From positions 319,744 through 383,743 of the forward strand of contig CAVYBU010000008.1 in assembly GCA_963766735.1 (NCBI GenBank): a stretch of 64,000 nt of DNA. Direction: 5' to 3'. Below, in pieces: positions 10,126 through 19,134 of the stretch. Numbering within the stretch: position 1 is the stretch's first letter; every line of letters starts with the position of its first letter. The notes beneath the pieces were generated by a model. It was not told where the DNA came from. It worked only from the letters and a program-made list of their open reading frames with translations, and did not search any database. Source of the DNA: an uncultured Chloroflexia bacterium. Lineage in GTDB: Bacteria; Chloroflexota; Limnocylindria; Limnocylindrales; CSP1-4. The position numbers were made by a program, and so were the translations under genes.

Positions 10126-11373
10126 TCAGGCCGTGGCGCCGCTCACGTGGCGAGTCTCCGGCAGCAGCGCGATGAACGGGAGCGCGAGGAGCGCGGCGGC
10201 GGCCGAGATCATCAGGGCCGGCTGCAGGCCGATCACGTCGCCCAGCGCACCGACCACGACCGTCCCGAGCGCGCTCGTCATCGTGATGGCGAAGATCGTC
10301 AGGCCAACAGCGGCGCCGCGATTCTCGGGCATCAGCTCCTGCATGACCACCAGCTGGACGGGCCCGGCACTGAGGAGCGCCATGCCGGCCAGGCCCAGCA
10401 AGGCCAGCATCGCCGGCCCGATGGGCATCGCGAGGGCGAGGATCAGGAGCGGGGACCCGACGGCGCACGAGATCGCGAGCATCCGCCGCCGTCCGATGCG
10501 GTCCGACAGGGTGCCGCCCATGAACGCTCCGACCGCCCCGCCGATCGAGAACGCGGTGACCGCCAGCCCGGCCAGGAGGATGTCCGCGCCGGCTCCGGTG
10601 AGATACGTCGGCACGAACACGAGCAGGCCGACGCTGGCCAGCGACAGCATCGCGCTCGCTCCGGCCAGGAGCAGGAACCCGCGTCCGGCCGTGCGCAGGG
10701 CCGCCAGGGTGGAGCCCGCCGGGTGGGTGAGGTGGACGCTCGGACGGTGGGCCAGGCGGAGGTACAGGACGGCCGACGCGACGATGCCCGGGACGATGGC
10801 GACCCAGCTCCAGCCGAGACCGACCACGGCGAGGACCGCGGCGATCACCACCGGACCGAGCGCCCGCCCCGACTCGCCCCCGGCCATGAAGATCGATGTC
10901 CCACGGCCCCACTCCGTACCGGAGGCGCGGGTGACCAGCACGGCGGCCGCGGGATGGAAGACCGATGAGCTGATCCCAGCCACCACCAGCAGCACGGCGA
11001 CGATGCCCACGGCCGGAGCCACGCCGAGCAGCCCGATCGCGAGCGCCGTGACCGCCGGCGCCAGGATGATCCAGGAGCGGGTGTCCGCTCGATCGGCGAT
11101 GTGACCCAGGATGGGCTGGACCGCTGTCGCGAGGCGGAACGTCGCCGCCAGCAACCCGGCCACCGCCAGGCTGATCCCCAGCTTCGGGATCAGGAGCGGG
11201 AGCAGCACGCCGACGAACGCCGGGTAGCTGTCGTGGATCAGGTGCGCGGCCGAGACGGCCAGGATCGTCGGGGTCTCGAACCGGCGATTGACGGTCGGGA
11301 TCGACGGAGCTGCAGGGCTGGGCGATGCGGCCGCCTCGGACGGCGCAGGCGAGTCTGTGACGGGGGCGGTCAT
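10126..11373 (-). CDS. MFS transporter (Fsr-like)
   Basis: About 12 TM; HLIHDSY, SSVFHP, GTLSDRIGRR. Confidence 0.88.
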   Translation of the reverse strand: MTAPVTDSPAPSEAAASPSPAAPSIPTVNRRFETPTILAVSAAHLIHDSYPAFVGVLLPLLIPKLGISLAVAGLLAATFRLATAVQPILGHIADRADTRSWIILAPAVTALAIGLLGVAPAVGIVAVLLVVAGISSSVFHPAAAVLVTRASGTEWGRGTSIFMAGGESGRALGPVVIAAVLAVVGLGWSWVAIVPGIVASAVLYLRLAHRPSVHLTHPAGSTLAALRTAGRGFLLLAGASAMLSLASVGLLVFVPTYLTGAGADILLAGLAVTAFSIGGAVGAFMGGTLSDRIGRRRMLAISCAVGSPLLILALAMPIGPAMLALLGLAGMALLSAGPVQLVVMQELMPENRGAAVGLTIFAITMTSALGTVVVGALGDVIGLQPALMISAAAALLALPFIALLPETRHVSGATA

Positions 11374-11419
11374 GGGCGGATCGATTATCGCCCGGATCCG
11401 ATCGGCGCAGGGGCGAGCA

Positions 11420-11599
11420 TTCGGGCCGCGAGGTCCGAAAAGGGAGTTCCCGGATGGCACCGAAAGGAGTACCGTCTGCGCGCGACGACCGCCGCCTCGT
11501 TGTGACCGCTCACGGAGTCCGGGCAGCTTCCCGATCACCCGGCTTCGTCCCGTCGCCCGGCGCTGGTCCCGTGCGGGTGTGGACCGTCTGGGGACGGGA
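11420..11599 (+). ncRNA. Candidate structured cis-regulatory RNA (unassigned) in the leader of the SARP-type regulator
   Basis: GCGA-capped 8-bp hairpin 11420-11439; 13-bp closing stem 11442-11454/11518-11532 enclosing a GAAA hairpin and a long hairpin; further stem 11548-11560/11588-11599 covering part of the SD. Confidence 0.45.
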
Positions 11600-11609
11600 G
11601 GGGCCGGCG

Positions 11610-13621
11610 ATGGTGGACGTACCGACGACGCTGGAAGTCGCGGCGCAGGCGCTGTCCGCGCTCCTCGCCGTGTGGCTCGGCCTGACCGTCGCGACGCGCT
11701 CCAGGCTGCCAATCGCCCGCGTGTTCACGTTTCTCGCGATCGTGGTCGCCTCATGGAGCACGAGCATCCTCATCCAGCGGCTGACCACATCGGTTGAGGT
11801 CTCGGAGGTCAGCCGTTCGATCGAGGACCTCGCGGCGGCCCTCGCCCTCGGGGGCCTGGCCCACTTCGCCCTGACGGTCTCGACCGATGGGCACCCCTCG
11901 CGCCGGCAGATGACCGTGATCGGCGTGAACTACGCGATCCTCCTCGCTTTCGCGCTGCCGACCATCCTCCATTTCGAGACCACGGTGGACGTCACGCCGC
12001 CCCACTTCTCGCTGGGTCCGATCCCGGGCGCGCTGCTCGGCTGGGGATGGGTCGTCGCGCGCCTCGCGGCGATCGCACTCGGCGCGGGCTGGCTGCTGCG
12101 GGCCATGCGCGTCCAGGGTGCCAGCCCGCTCCGCCGGCGCCAGCTCGGGGCGGCGCTGGCCACGATCGGGATGGCCGGGCTCGGCGCCAGCCTGCGCTTC
12201 CTCCCCGTGATCCAGGATGCGGATCGCTGGATCGGCACCTCGTTCGTCACGCTCTCCGTCGTGTTCGCGTCGTATGCGGTCTTCGCTGCCGGACTCTTCT
12301 TCGGCCCCGCGGTGGCGTCCCGCGCCTTCCGGACCTCGGTCGTCGGCGCCGCCGCCGTGGGCGCGCTGATCATCGTGCTGCTCGGCCTCAATGTCCTCAG
12401 CACGAACCTTCTCGGCCTCGCCGGTCCGTTCCTCCCGGCTGTGGGGCTGGTCGTCATCGCGGCCATCTACGGACCCCTCGGCTCGCGTCTCCGGGTGAGG
12501 GTCTCGGGTGGCGGCTCCCGGGCGGTCGCGCGGGACCGGTTGCTGCGCGCCCTCGGCGAACGGGAGCTTGCGGTGAGCCCGGCCTCTGCGGGCGTCCAGC
12601 CCGCGCTCGCCTACGTCATGAGGGCGCTCGACGTGACGGGGCTCACGGTCTCTGCGCCCGACGGCTCCCTCGTCGCGTCCAAGGGCGCGCCGCCGGCCCC
12701 GGACTCGGTCACGCCCATCCTGCTCATGGATGGCGGCGAGCTGGTTGGGGAGATGCGCGTGGGCGAGACGGCCTCCGGTGCTCCGCTCGATACGCGCGAT
12801 CTGCGCCTCCTCGAACTGTCGGCGTCCTACGTTGCCAGCGCCTTGCGGACGGGCCGCCGGGAGGATGAGCAGGCGACCGAGCTCGACCGCCTCGCGGAGG
12901 CTCGCGCCGCCGTCGACACCCACGCGGAGGCACTCCACACCGCGCTGGTCAAGCGAAGCGATGTGGCTCCGGGCGTGCGCGTCTTTGCCCTGGGCCCGCT
13001 CCGGGTCGAGCGCGACGGGACGCGCATCGAGCACTGGGGTGGTGACAAGGCGGGCAGCCGCCAGGCGCAAGGGATGTTCGCGTTCCTCTACGATCGCGGC
13101 GAGCATGGCGTGGCCAAGGACGAGGTCCTCGAGCTCATCTGGCCGGACGTCGACCTCGAGCGCGCGGACCTCGCGTTCCATCGGACGATGGGCGGGCTGC
13201 GATCCACCCTGGACCCTGACCACCGGAAAGGCGATGGCTCGGCGGTCCGCTTCGCCCACGATCGCTACCGGCTCGCGGATCCGGTGGTCGCCTGGTCCGA
13301 CGTGGACGCCTTCCTCGGGGCGCTCGACGACGCCGCCACCAGCCGGATCGTGCGGACAGGATCCGGCTCCTCGAGACGGCACGCCGACTGTACCGGGGCG
13401 AGTATCTCGACGACTGCCCCTACTACGGCGACAGCGTCTTCGTCGAAGATCGTCGGGCCCACCTGCGGGGCAGGTTCGTCGATCTCGCCGTCGCCCTCGG
13501 GGAGGCCTACGAGGTGGGCGGCGATCGGATGTCGGCGGCGGCAGCCTTCCGGGATGCCGTCATGCGGGCGCCGGATGGGTGTCCACCCGCCACGGAGGGT
13601 CTTGCGCGCCTGGGGTTCTGA
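11610..13621 (+). CDS. Membrane-bound SARP-type transcriptional activator (multi-TM + GAF-like + wHTH + BTAD), with a single-base frameshift near 13342
   Basis: About 8 TM N-terminus; VRVFALGPLRVERDG, LELIWPD, FHRTMGGLRSTLDP, WSDVDAF. The -1 frame continues ARRLYRGEYLDDCPYYG...AAAAFRDA...EGLARLGF* (BTAD-like), stop at 13619-13621. Confidence 0.75.
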
Positions 13622-13623
13622 CA

Positions 13624-13662
13624 CCGCAGGATCACCGCAGTCCGGCCGCAGTCGTTCCGGGG
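13624..13662 (+). promoter_or_regulatory. Direct repeats with 11-bp period (CCGCAG x3 plus CCGGGG), candidate SARP-binding site upstream of the ECF sigma gene
   Basis: CCGCAG at 13624, 13635 and 13646, CCGGGG at 13657; possible -10 CAAGGT at 13674. Confidence 0.6.
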
Positions 13663-13713
13663 TGGTCGTCGTTCAAGGTGCACTTGTCAACACCACGCAC
13701 CAGAGCGACCGCC

Positions 13714-14271
13714 ATGTCCGCCCACGTCTCGCCTGCTCCGCTCGGACGAATCACTCCTCCCGCGTCCGGCCTCCCGGCCGGTGAGCCGGCCCGCGCCCTC
13801 GCCAGCTCCACGTTCGAGCAGTACCACGATGAGCTCTATCGCTCCGCGCTCCGCGCATGTCGCGACCCCGAGACCGCGGAGGACCTGGTCCAGGAGGCGC
13901 TGCTCCGGCTGATGGTCGAGGTCGACACGAGGGGTGCGCCAAGGAACGTTCGAGCGTGGCTCCACCGGGTGATCGCGAATCTGGCCGTCTCGCTCGGGCG
14001 GCGGTCCACGGTGAGCCGGCGGCACGCCAGCGCCCTCGTGAACCGCGAGGAGCCGGCCACGCCCGAGGGGATCGTGCTGGAGGGCGAGGCCCGCTCGACG
14101 CTTGCCTCGGCCCTGCAGACGTTGCCCCAGAAGGCGCGAACGGCGCTGCTGCTGGCCGCGAGCGGCTACCGCGGGGCGGAGATCGCGGCGATGATCGGCA
14201 GCTCGGACTGCGCGACCCGCACGATGATGAGCCGGGCCCGGCTCAAGCTCCGCGACCAGGTCGCCGCATGA
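13714..14271 (+). CDS. ECF-type sigma-70 factor
   Basis: Region 2 AEDLVQEALLRL / RAWLHRVIANL; region 4 LPQKARTALLL...EIAAMIG...SRARLKLR. Confidence 0.9.
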   Translation: MSAHVSPAPLGRITPPASGLPAGEPARALASSTFEQYHDELYRSALRACRDPETAEDLVQEALLRLMVEVDTRGAPRNVRAWLHRVIANLAVSLGRRSTVSRRHASALVNREEPATPEGIVLEGEARSTLASALQTLPQKARTALLLAASGYRGAEIAAMIGSSDCATRTMMSRARLKLRDQVAA

Positions 14272-14370
14272 CCTCGCGGCGCGCCGATGGCCCTGGGGCG
14301 ACAGCGCTGCCCCCGGGCCTGGCAGTGCCGCCAAGCCCGGTTGCAGGGTGACATCGGCCGCCACGCAGGT

Positions 14371-14399
14371 TTGACCCGTGCCGGGACCGCGCGTACACT
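14371..14399 (+). promoter_or_regulatory. Housekeeping sigma-70 promoter of the rpsU operon
   Basis: TTGACC-17 bp-TACACT. Confidence 0.75.
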
Positions 14400-14524
14400 C
14401 CGGCGGCCTGCCGGCTGGCTTTGCGCGCCTCGTGCGCGCCCGGTTGCCGGGACGCCCCCTGCGCCGTCGGGCATCGCGTGCGGGAGGCGGGTGCGAGACC
14501 CCTGCCCGAGGAGGTGAACCGGGA

Positions 14525-14710
14525 TTGGCCGAAGTCCGAGTGGGTGAAAACGAGACGTTCGAGAGCGCGCTCCGCCGCTTCAACAAGAAGATCCAGCAGA
14601 GTGGCATCCTCGCCGAGGCTCGCCGACGCGAGCACTACGAGAAGCCCTCTGTGAAGCGGAAGCGGAAGGAAGCGAAGCGCAAGAAGAACGCGCGCGCGAG
14701 CAACGGCTGA
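14525..14710 (+). CDS. rpsU: 30S ribosomal protein S21
   Basis: TTG start after GAGGAGGT; [15 protein letters not shown]...[16 protein letters not shown]. Confidence 0.97.
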   Translation: MAEVRVGENETFESALRRFNKKIQQSGILAEARRREHYEKPSVKRKRKEAKRKKNARASNG

Positions 14711-14878
14711 GCCTCGAGGGGTTCGGCGGCCGGTCCAGCTGACCGCGTCGCCGCCCCCACGGCCCACCTGAAGCGTCGACCCGGGAACCCGTCCCGGATC
14801 CCACCATCGGCGCAGCTCGCGGGCACGGCACACCGTCGGGGCACATCGACGACGCCGTGACGCCCGAGGAGCCATCCG

Positions 14879-15355
14879 GTGACCCTTCGCGAACGACTCC
14901 AGGCCGACACGACCGCAGCCATGCGGTCGGGTGACGCGCTGCGCCGCGACGTGCTGCGAATGGTCCAGAACACCATCTACAACACGGAGAAGGCGAAGAA
15001 GGTCACCCTGTCCGAGGACGAGATCCTGGGTGTCGTCGTGCGCGAGGTGAAGACCCGCCGCGAGAGCGTCGAGGCCTTCCGCACGGGTGGCCGCGAGGAC
15101 CTTGCCGCGAAGGAGGAGGCGGAGATCGCCATCCTCGCCGACTACCTCCCCCAGGCCCTGACCGACGACGAGCTGGGCGCCCTTGTGGCCGAGGCCGTGA
15201 CTGCCACCGGCGCCGCCTCTGCCCGCGACATGGGCAAGGTCATGGGCTGGCTTTCCCCGAGGATCCGCGGCCGCGCCGACGGAAAGGTCGCGTCCGGCCT
15301 GGTGGCCCAGGCGCTCGCCCGCGCAGATGTGTCCGCGCACGAGGCGGGGCACTAG
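14879..15355 (+). CDS. yqeY: GatB/YqeY domain protein
   Basis: REVKTRRESVEAF, YLPQAL, DMGKVMG, ADGKVAS; follows rpsU. Confidence 0.92.
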   Translation: MTLRERLQADTTAAMRSGDALRRDVLRMVQNTIYNTEKAKKVTLSEDEILGVVVREVKTRRESVEAFRTGGREDLAAKEEAEIAILADYLPQALTDDELGALVAEAVTATGAASARDMGKVMGWLSPRIRGRADGKVASGLVAQALARADVSAHEAGH

Positions 15356-15377
15356 CCCCAGCGGCAGGACCAGCACG

Positions 15378-17522
15378 ATGCTCTCCCGGACCGAAGGATC
15401 GACGATCCCCTTCAACCGCCGCGACGCGGGCCGCCTGATCGCGGCTTCCATCGTGCTGATCGTCGCGATGTCCGTGATCCTGGGCTTGGACATCCTGCCG
15501 GCCCAGACACAGCTCGAGGTGGGCAGGCCGGCCCCGGAGAACGTCTTCGCCCCGCGCGGAGGCCAGTACGACAGTGCCATCCTGACCGATGCCGCGCGCC
15601 AGGATGCCCGGGACGGGGTCGGGCCGCAGTACGACTTCACCGCCGCCCAGGCCGAGGCGATCGCCGTACAGCAGGCGCAGGCCTTCGAGCGGTTCGTCAA
15701 GCCGATCGACGACGCCTTCGCCGACGACGTGACCCCCGACGACCGCATGGTGCTCCTGGTGACGGCCATGCCGTCCCTGTCGACGGATCAGCTGGCCACG
15801 CTCGGGACCCTCCCCGAGGACCGCTGGACGGCAGTCCGCACGGAGGCCGCACGCGTCCTGGACACCCTCGAGCGCACGGAGCTGAAGGACACGCAGGTCG
15901 CCGAGGCCCGCGCCAACCTGCCGGGCCGGATGGCGGGCGACCTGACCTCCGATGAGCGTGCCCTGGCGGCGGCGCTGATCGCGCCGCTGGTCGTCGCCAA
16001 CTCCTCCTACGATCCGCAACTCACCGAGACCCGCCGGGAGCAGGCGGCTGACGCCGTCGAGCCGGTCGAGAAGGGCTGGGAGAAGAGCGACATCATCGTC
16101 CGCTCCGGCGACCGGGTGACGCCCGAGGCATTCGAGGCGATCGAGTACTTCAACCTCAACAGGGGCGGCCTCGACGTCGCGCGCCTGGCCGGGTTCGTCC
16201 TTCTGTCGCTCCTCGTGATCGGCCTGCTGCTGACGTGGACCTGGCGGTTCCGGAGAGAGTTCTGGCACCGCAACAACGTCGTGCTGCTGCTCAGCCTGCT
16301 CCTCCTGGTCGCCGTGCTTGCGCTGAAGCTGACCGCCGGGCGCACGTGGCTGCCATACGCGCTGCCCCTCGCGGCGATCGGGATGCTGGTGACCGTGCTC
16401 CTCGACGCGGGTGCAGCCATGGTCATGACCGCGCTGATCGCGGTGCTCGCGGCTGCGGTCAACGGAGCTGGGCTGGAGCTCGCCGCCTACGTGATGCTGG
16501 GTGGCATCGCGGGCATCGTCTCGGTTCGCCGGGGGGACCGGCTCATCGTCTTCGTCCAGGCCGGCTTCGCCGTGCTCATCGTCAACGCGCTCGTGGTCAC
16601 GACGTTTGCGCTGCTGGGGGACCAGGATATTCGCGGCGTTCTCGAGCTGCTCGTTGCGTCGGCCGTCTCGGCCGGTGGTTCGACCATCGTCGCCGTCGGC
16701 AGCTTCGCCGCGATCGGCTCGGTCTTCGGCATCCTGACCGTGTTCCAGCTCCTGGAGCTGGCAAACCCGTCGCAGACCCTGCTCCGCCGGCTCCTGGTGG
16801 AAACGCCGGGCACGTACCACCACTCGCTCATGGTCGGGAACCTGGCGGAGCGTGCCGCAGAGTCCATCGGCGGTGACCCCCTCCTGGCCCGCGTGGCGGC
16901 CTACTACCACGACATCGGCAAGCTTTCGAACCCGGCCGCGTTCATCGAGAACCAGGCCGGCGGCGACAACCTGCACGACGAGCTGGACCCAACGGCCTCC
17001 GCCCAGCTGCTCAAGAGCCACGTGAGCGCGGGCATCGACATTGCGTACAAGTCGGGGCTGCCGAAGGCGCTGATCGCGTTCATCCCACAGCACCACGGGA
17101 CGGCGATCATGTCCTACTTCTACGCCCGGGCGAGGGAGGCTGCTGCAGCGCCGTTCGGTGGCCTGGATACCGCTGAGGGGCGGAAGGCGGCCGAGGCGGT
17201 GGATGCCCGCAAGTTCCGCCACGGAGGCCCCAAGCCCCAGACCCGCGAGGCGGCGATCATCATGCTGGCCGACTCGGTCGAGGCGTCGGTGCGGTCCCTT
17301 TCCGCGCGCGACGAGGCCGCGATCCGCGCGATGGTGGCCCGGATCTTCGACGAGCGGATCAGCGACAACCAGTTCAACGAGTGCGACCTGACGCTCCGCG
17401 ACATCGAGACGATCCGCGAGGCCTTCGTGGAGCAGCTGCTGGGCATGTACCACCAGCGGGTTGCCTACCCGCAGAGCAAGGCCGTCGAGCAGGAGTCCCG
17501 TCGCGCCACGGACGGCACGTAG
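15378..17522 (+). CDS. pgpH: 7TM-HD (HDIG) phosphohydrolase, PgpH-like putative cyclic-di-AMP phosphodiesterase
   Basis: Extracellular domain + 7TM + PGTYHHS, YYHDIGK, QHHGT, MLADSVEA. Confidence 0.85.
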   Translation: MLSRTEGSTIPFNRRDAGRLIAASIVLIVAMSVILGLDILPAQTQLEVGRPAPENVFAPRGGQYDSAILTDAARQDARDGVGPQYDFTAAQAEAIAVQQAQAFERFVKPIDDAFADDVTPDDRMVLLVTAMPSLSTDQLATLGTLPEDRWTAVRTEAARVLDTLERTELKDTQVAEARANLPGRMAGDLTSDERALAAALIAPLVVANSSYDPQLTETRREQAADAVEPVEKGWEKSDIIVRSGDRVTPEAFEAIEYFNLNRGGLDVARLAGFVLLSLLVIGLLLTWTWRFRREFWHRNNVVLLLSLLLLVAVLALKLTAGRTWLPYALPLAAIGMLVTVLLDAGAAMVMTALIAVLAAAVNGAGLELAAYVMLGGIAGIVSVRRGDRLIVFVQAGFAVLIVNALVVTTFALLGDQDIRGVLELLVASAVSAGGSTIVAVGSFAAIGSVFGILTVFQLLELANPSQTLLRRLLVETPGTYHHSLMVGNLAERAAESIGGDPLLARVAAYYHDIGKLSNPAAFIENQAGGDNLHDELDPTASAQLLKSHVSAGIDIAYKSGLPKALIAFIPQHHGTAIMSYFYARAREAAAAPFGGLDTAEGRKAAEAVDARKFRHGGPKPQTREAAIIMLADSVEASVRSLSARDEAAIRAMVARIFDERISDNQFNECDLTLRDIETIREAFVEQLLGMYHQRVAYPQSKAVEQESRRATDGT

Positions 17523-17534
17523 GGACGCCCGGGA

Positions 17535-18152
17535 TTGCGCAGCCTCTACCTCGGCCCGTGGCGGATCGACGTCGAGTGGCGCGACGACGTTCCGCGGCTG
17601 CTCCCGGCCACCGTCATTGCGCGAACTGCGGCCGCCGCCCTGGATGTCGCGGGCGCGCCCGGCCCCGCGTCGCTGGGCCTGATCCTCACGGACGACGCGG
17701 AGCTGGCGGAGCTCAACGCGGCCCACATGGGCAAGGATGGCCCGACGGACGTGCTGTCGTTTCCGCTCCTGCCGCCGGCGACGTACCCGCCGCATCCCGG
17801 CAGGGCAGCGGCCGGCGCGGCTGCCGACGAGGCCGGTGACGCGTTCGATGACGAGGCCGACGCCGATCCATCGGTGGCTTTCCGGCTCCCGCCCGGCGCG
17901 CGCACGCACCTGGGCGACATCGTGGTGTCCGTGGAGCGGGCGGTCGACCAGGCGGAAGCAGGCCGCGGCGGCCAGACTGGCGACGTGCTCTGGGGGGCCC
18001 GCGATGAGCTGCGCCTGCTCGTGACCCACGGCACGCTCCACGTCTGCGGCTGGGACCACGCGGAACCGGACGAGGAGGCGGCGATGCGCGCGCTCGAACG
18101 CGGTCTCCTGGACGGCGGCGAGCTGCCGATGAGAGAGCCGCTCCGGCCCTGA
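17535..18152 (+). CDS. ybeY: rRNA maturation endoribonuclease YbeY
   Basis: PTDVLSFP, LGDIVVS, HGTLHVCGWDH. Confidence 0.92.
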   Translation: MRSLYLGPWRIDVEWRDDVPRLLPATVIARTAAAALDVAGAPGPASLGLILTDDAELAELNAAHMGKDGPTDVLSFPLLPPATYPPHPGRAAAGAAADEAGDAFDDEADADPSVAFRLPPGARTHLGDIVVSVERAVDQAEAGRGGQTGDVLWGARDELRLLVTHGTLHVCGWDHAEPDEEAAMRALERGLLDGGELPMREPLRP

Positions 18153-18384
18153 CGCCACCGTTCTTCTTGTTGCCGCGGCCACTGGGTCCGCTCGCGATCC
18201 GGGCTTGTGGGGTCGTGCGCGATGCCCGGGAGCGGCGGACGCCCCCCTGCCCCGGCAACTGCACGTGCCGCGCGCCTGGTCAGCGGTACCATGTCTCCTG
18301 AGCCCCGTCGGACCAGGTCCCGGGGCCGTTCGCCGTGTCCGGACGGGGTGTCCGGGTCACGGCCATCGAGGTGGGATCCGGATC

Positions 18385-19134
18385 GTGAAGCTCGTCATCG
18401 GCCTGGGGAACCCGGGCAGCCAGTACGCGGAGACGCGGCACAACATCGGCTGGATGGTCCTGGACCGGCTGGCGGACCGCGCCGGTCGGTCCGGACGCGG
18501 TCGCCAGCGCGACGCGTCCGAGAGCCTGCAGATCCGGTACAAGGGCATGGACCTGGTTCTCGCCAAGCCGCTCACGTACATGAACGACTCCGGGATCGCG
18601 GTCCGAAAGCTGCTGGCCCGGGAGCGCGCTCCGCTGGCCGAGGTGCTGGTGATCGCGGACGACTTCGCGCTCCCGTTCGGGAAGCTTCGGTTCCGAGAGG
18701 CCGGGTCGCACGGCGGGCACAACGGGCTGCGCTCGATCATCGAGGAGCTGGAGTCCGAGAAGTTCAGCCGGCTTCGGGTGGGGATCGGAGAGCCGGGACG
18801 CGGGGCGATCGACCACGTCCTCTCGAAGTTCGCCGCCGACGAGCGGGCGCGCCTGCCGATCCTCCTGGACGCGGCGGCCGATGCCGTTGAGGCGTGGGCG
18901 CGCGACGGGACGTCGAAGGCGGCGAACCGCTTCAACAGCTTCGAGCTGCAGGCGCCGGCGGCTCCCGGCGAGGGCGATGGCGCGGCGCCGAAACCGGGCG
19001 AGGTTGGCGGTCCGGCCGACGAGACGGGCGTGCGGCGGACGAAGACGGGATGGCGTCGGATCCTGGGCGGGGACAAGGGCGCGGGCGACGAGGGAGGTTC
19101 GGACGGCGGTCGGGACGGCGGCGGCCGACGGTGA
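18385..19134 (+). CDS. pth: Peptidyl-tRNA hydrolase with C-terminal extension
   Basis: LVIGLGNPG, TRHNIGW, KPLTYMNDSG, GGHNGLRSII. Confidence 0.95.
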   Translation: MKLVIGLGNPGSQYAETRHNIGWMVLDRLADRAGRSGRGRQRDASESLQIRYKGMDLVLAKPLTYMNDSGIAVRKLLARERAPLAEVLVIADDFALPFGKLRFREAGSHGGHNGLRSIIEELESEKFSRLRVGIGEPGRGAIDHVLSKFAADERARLPILLDAAADAVEAWARDGTSKAANRFNSFELQAPAAPGEGDGAAPKPGEVGGPADETGVRRTKTGWRRILGGDKGAGDEGGSDGGRDGGGRR

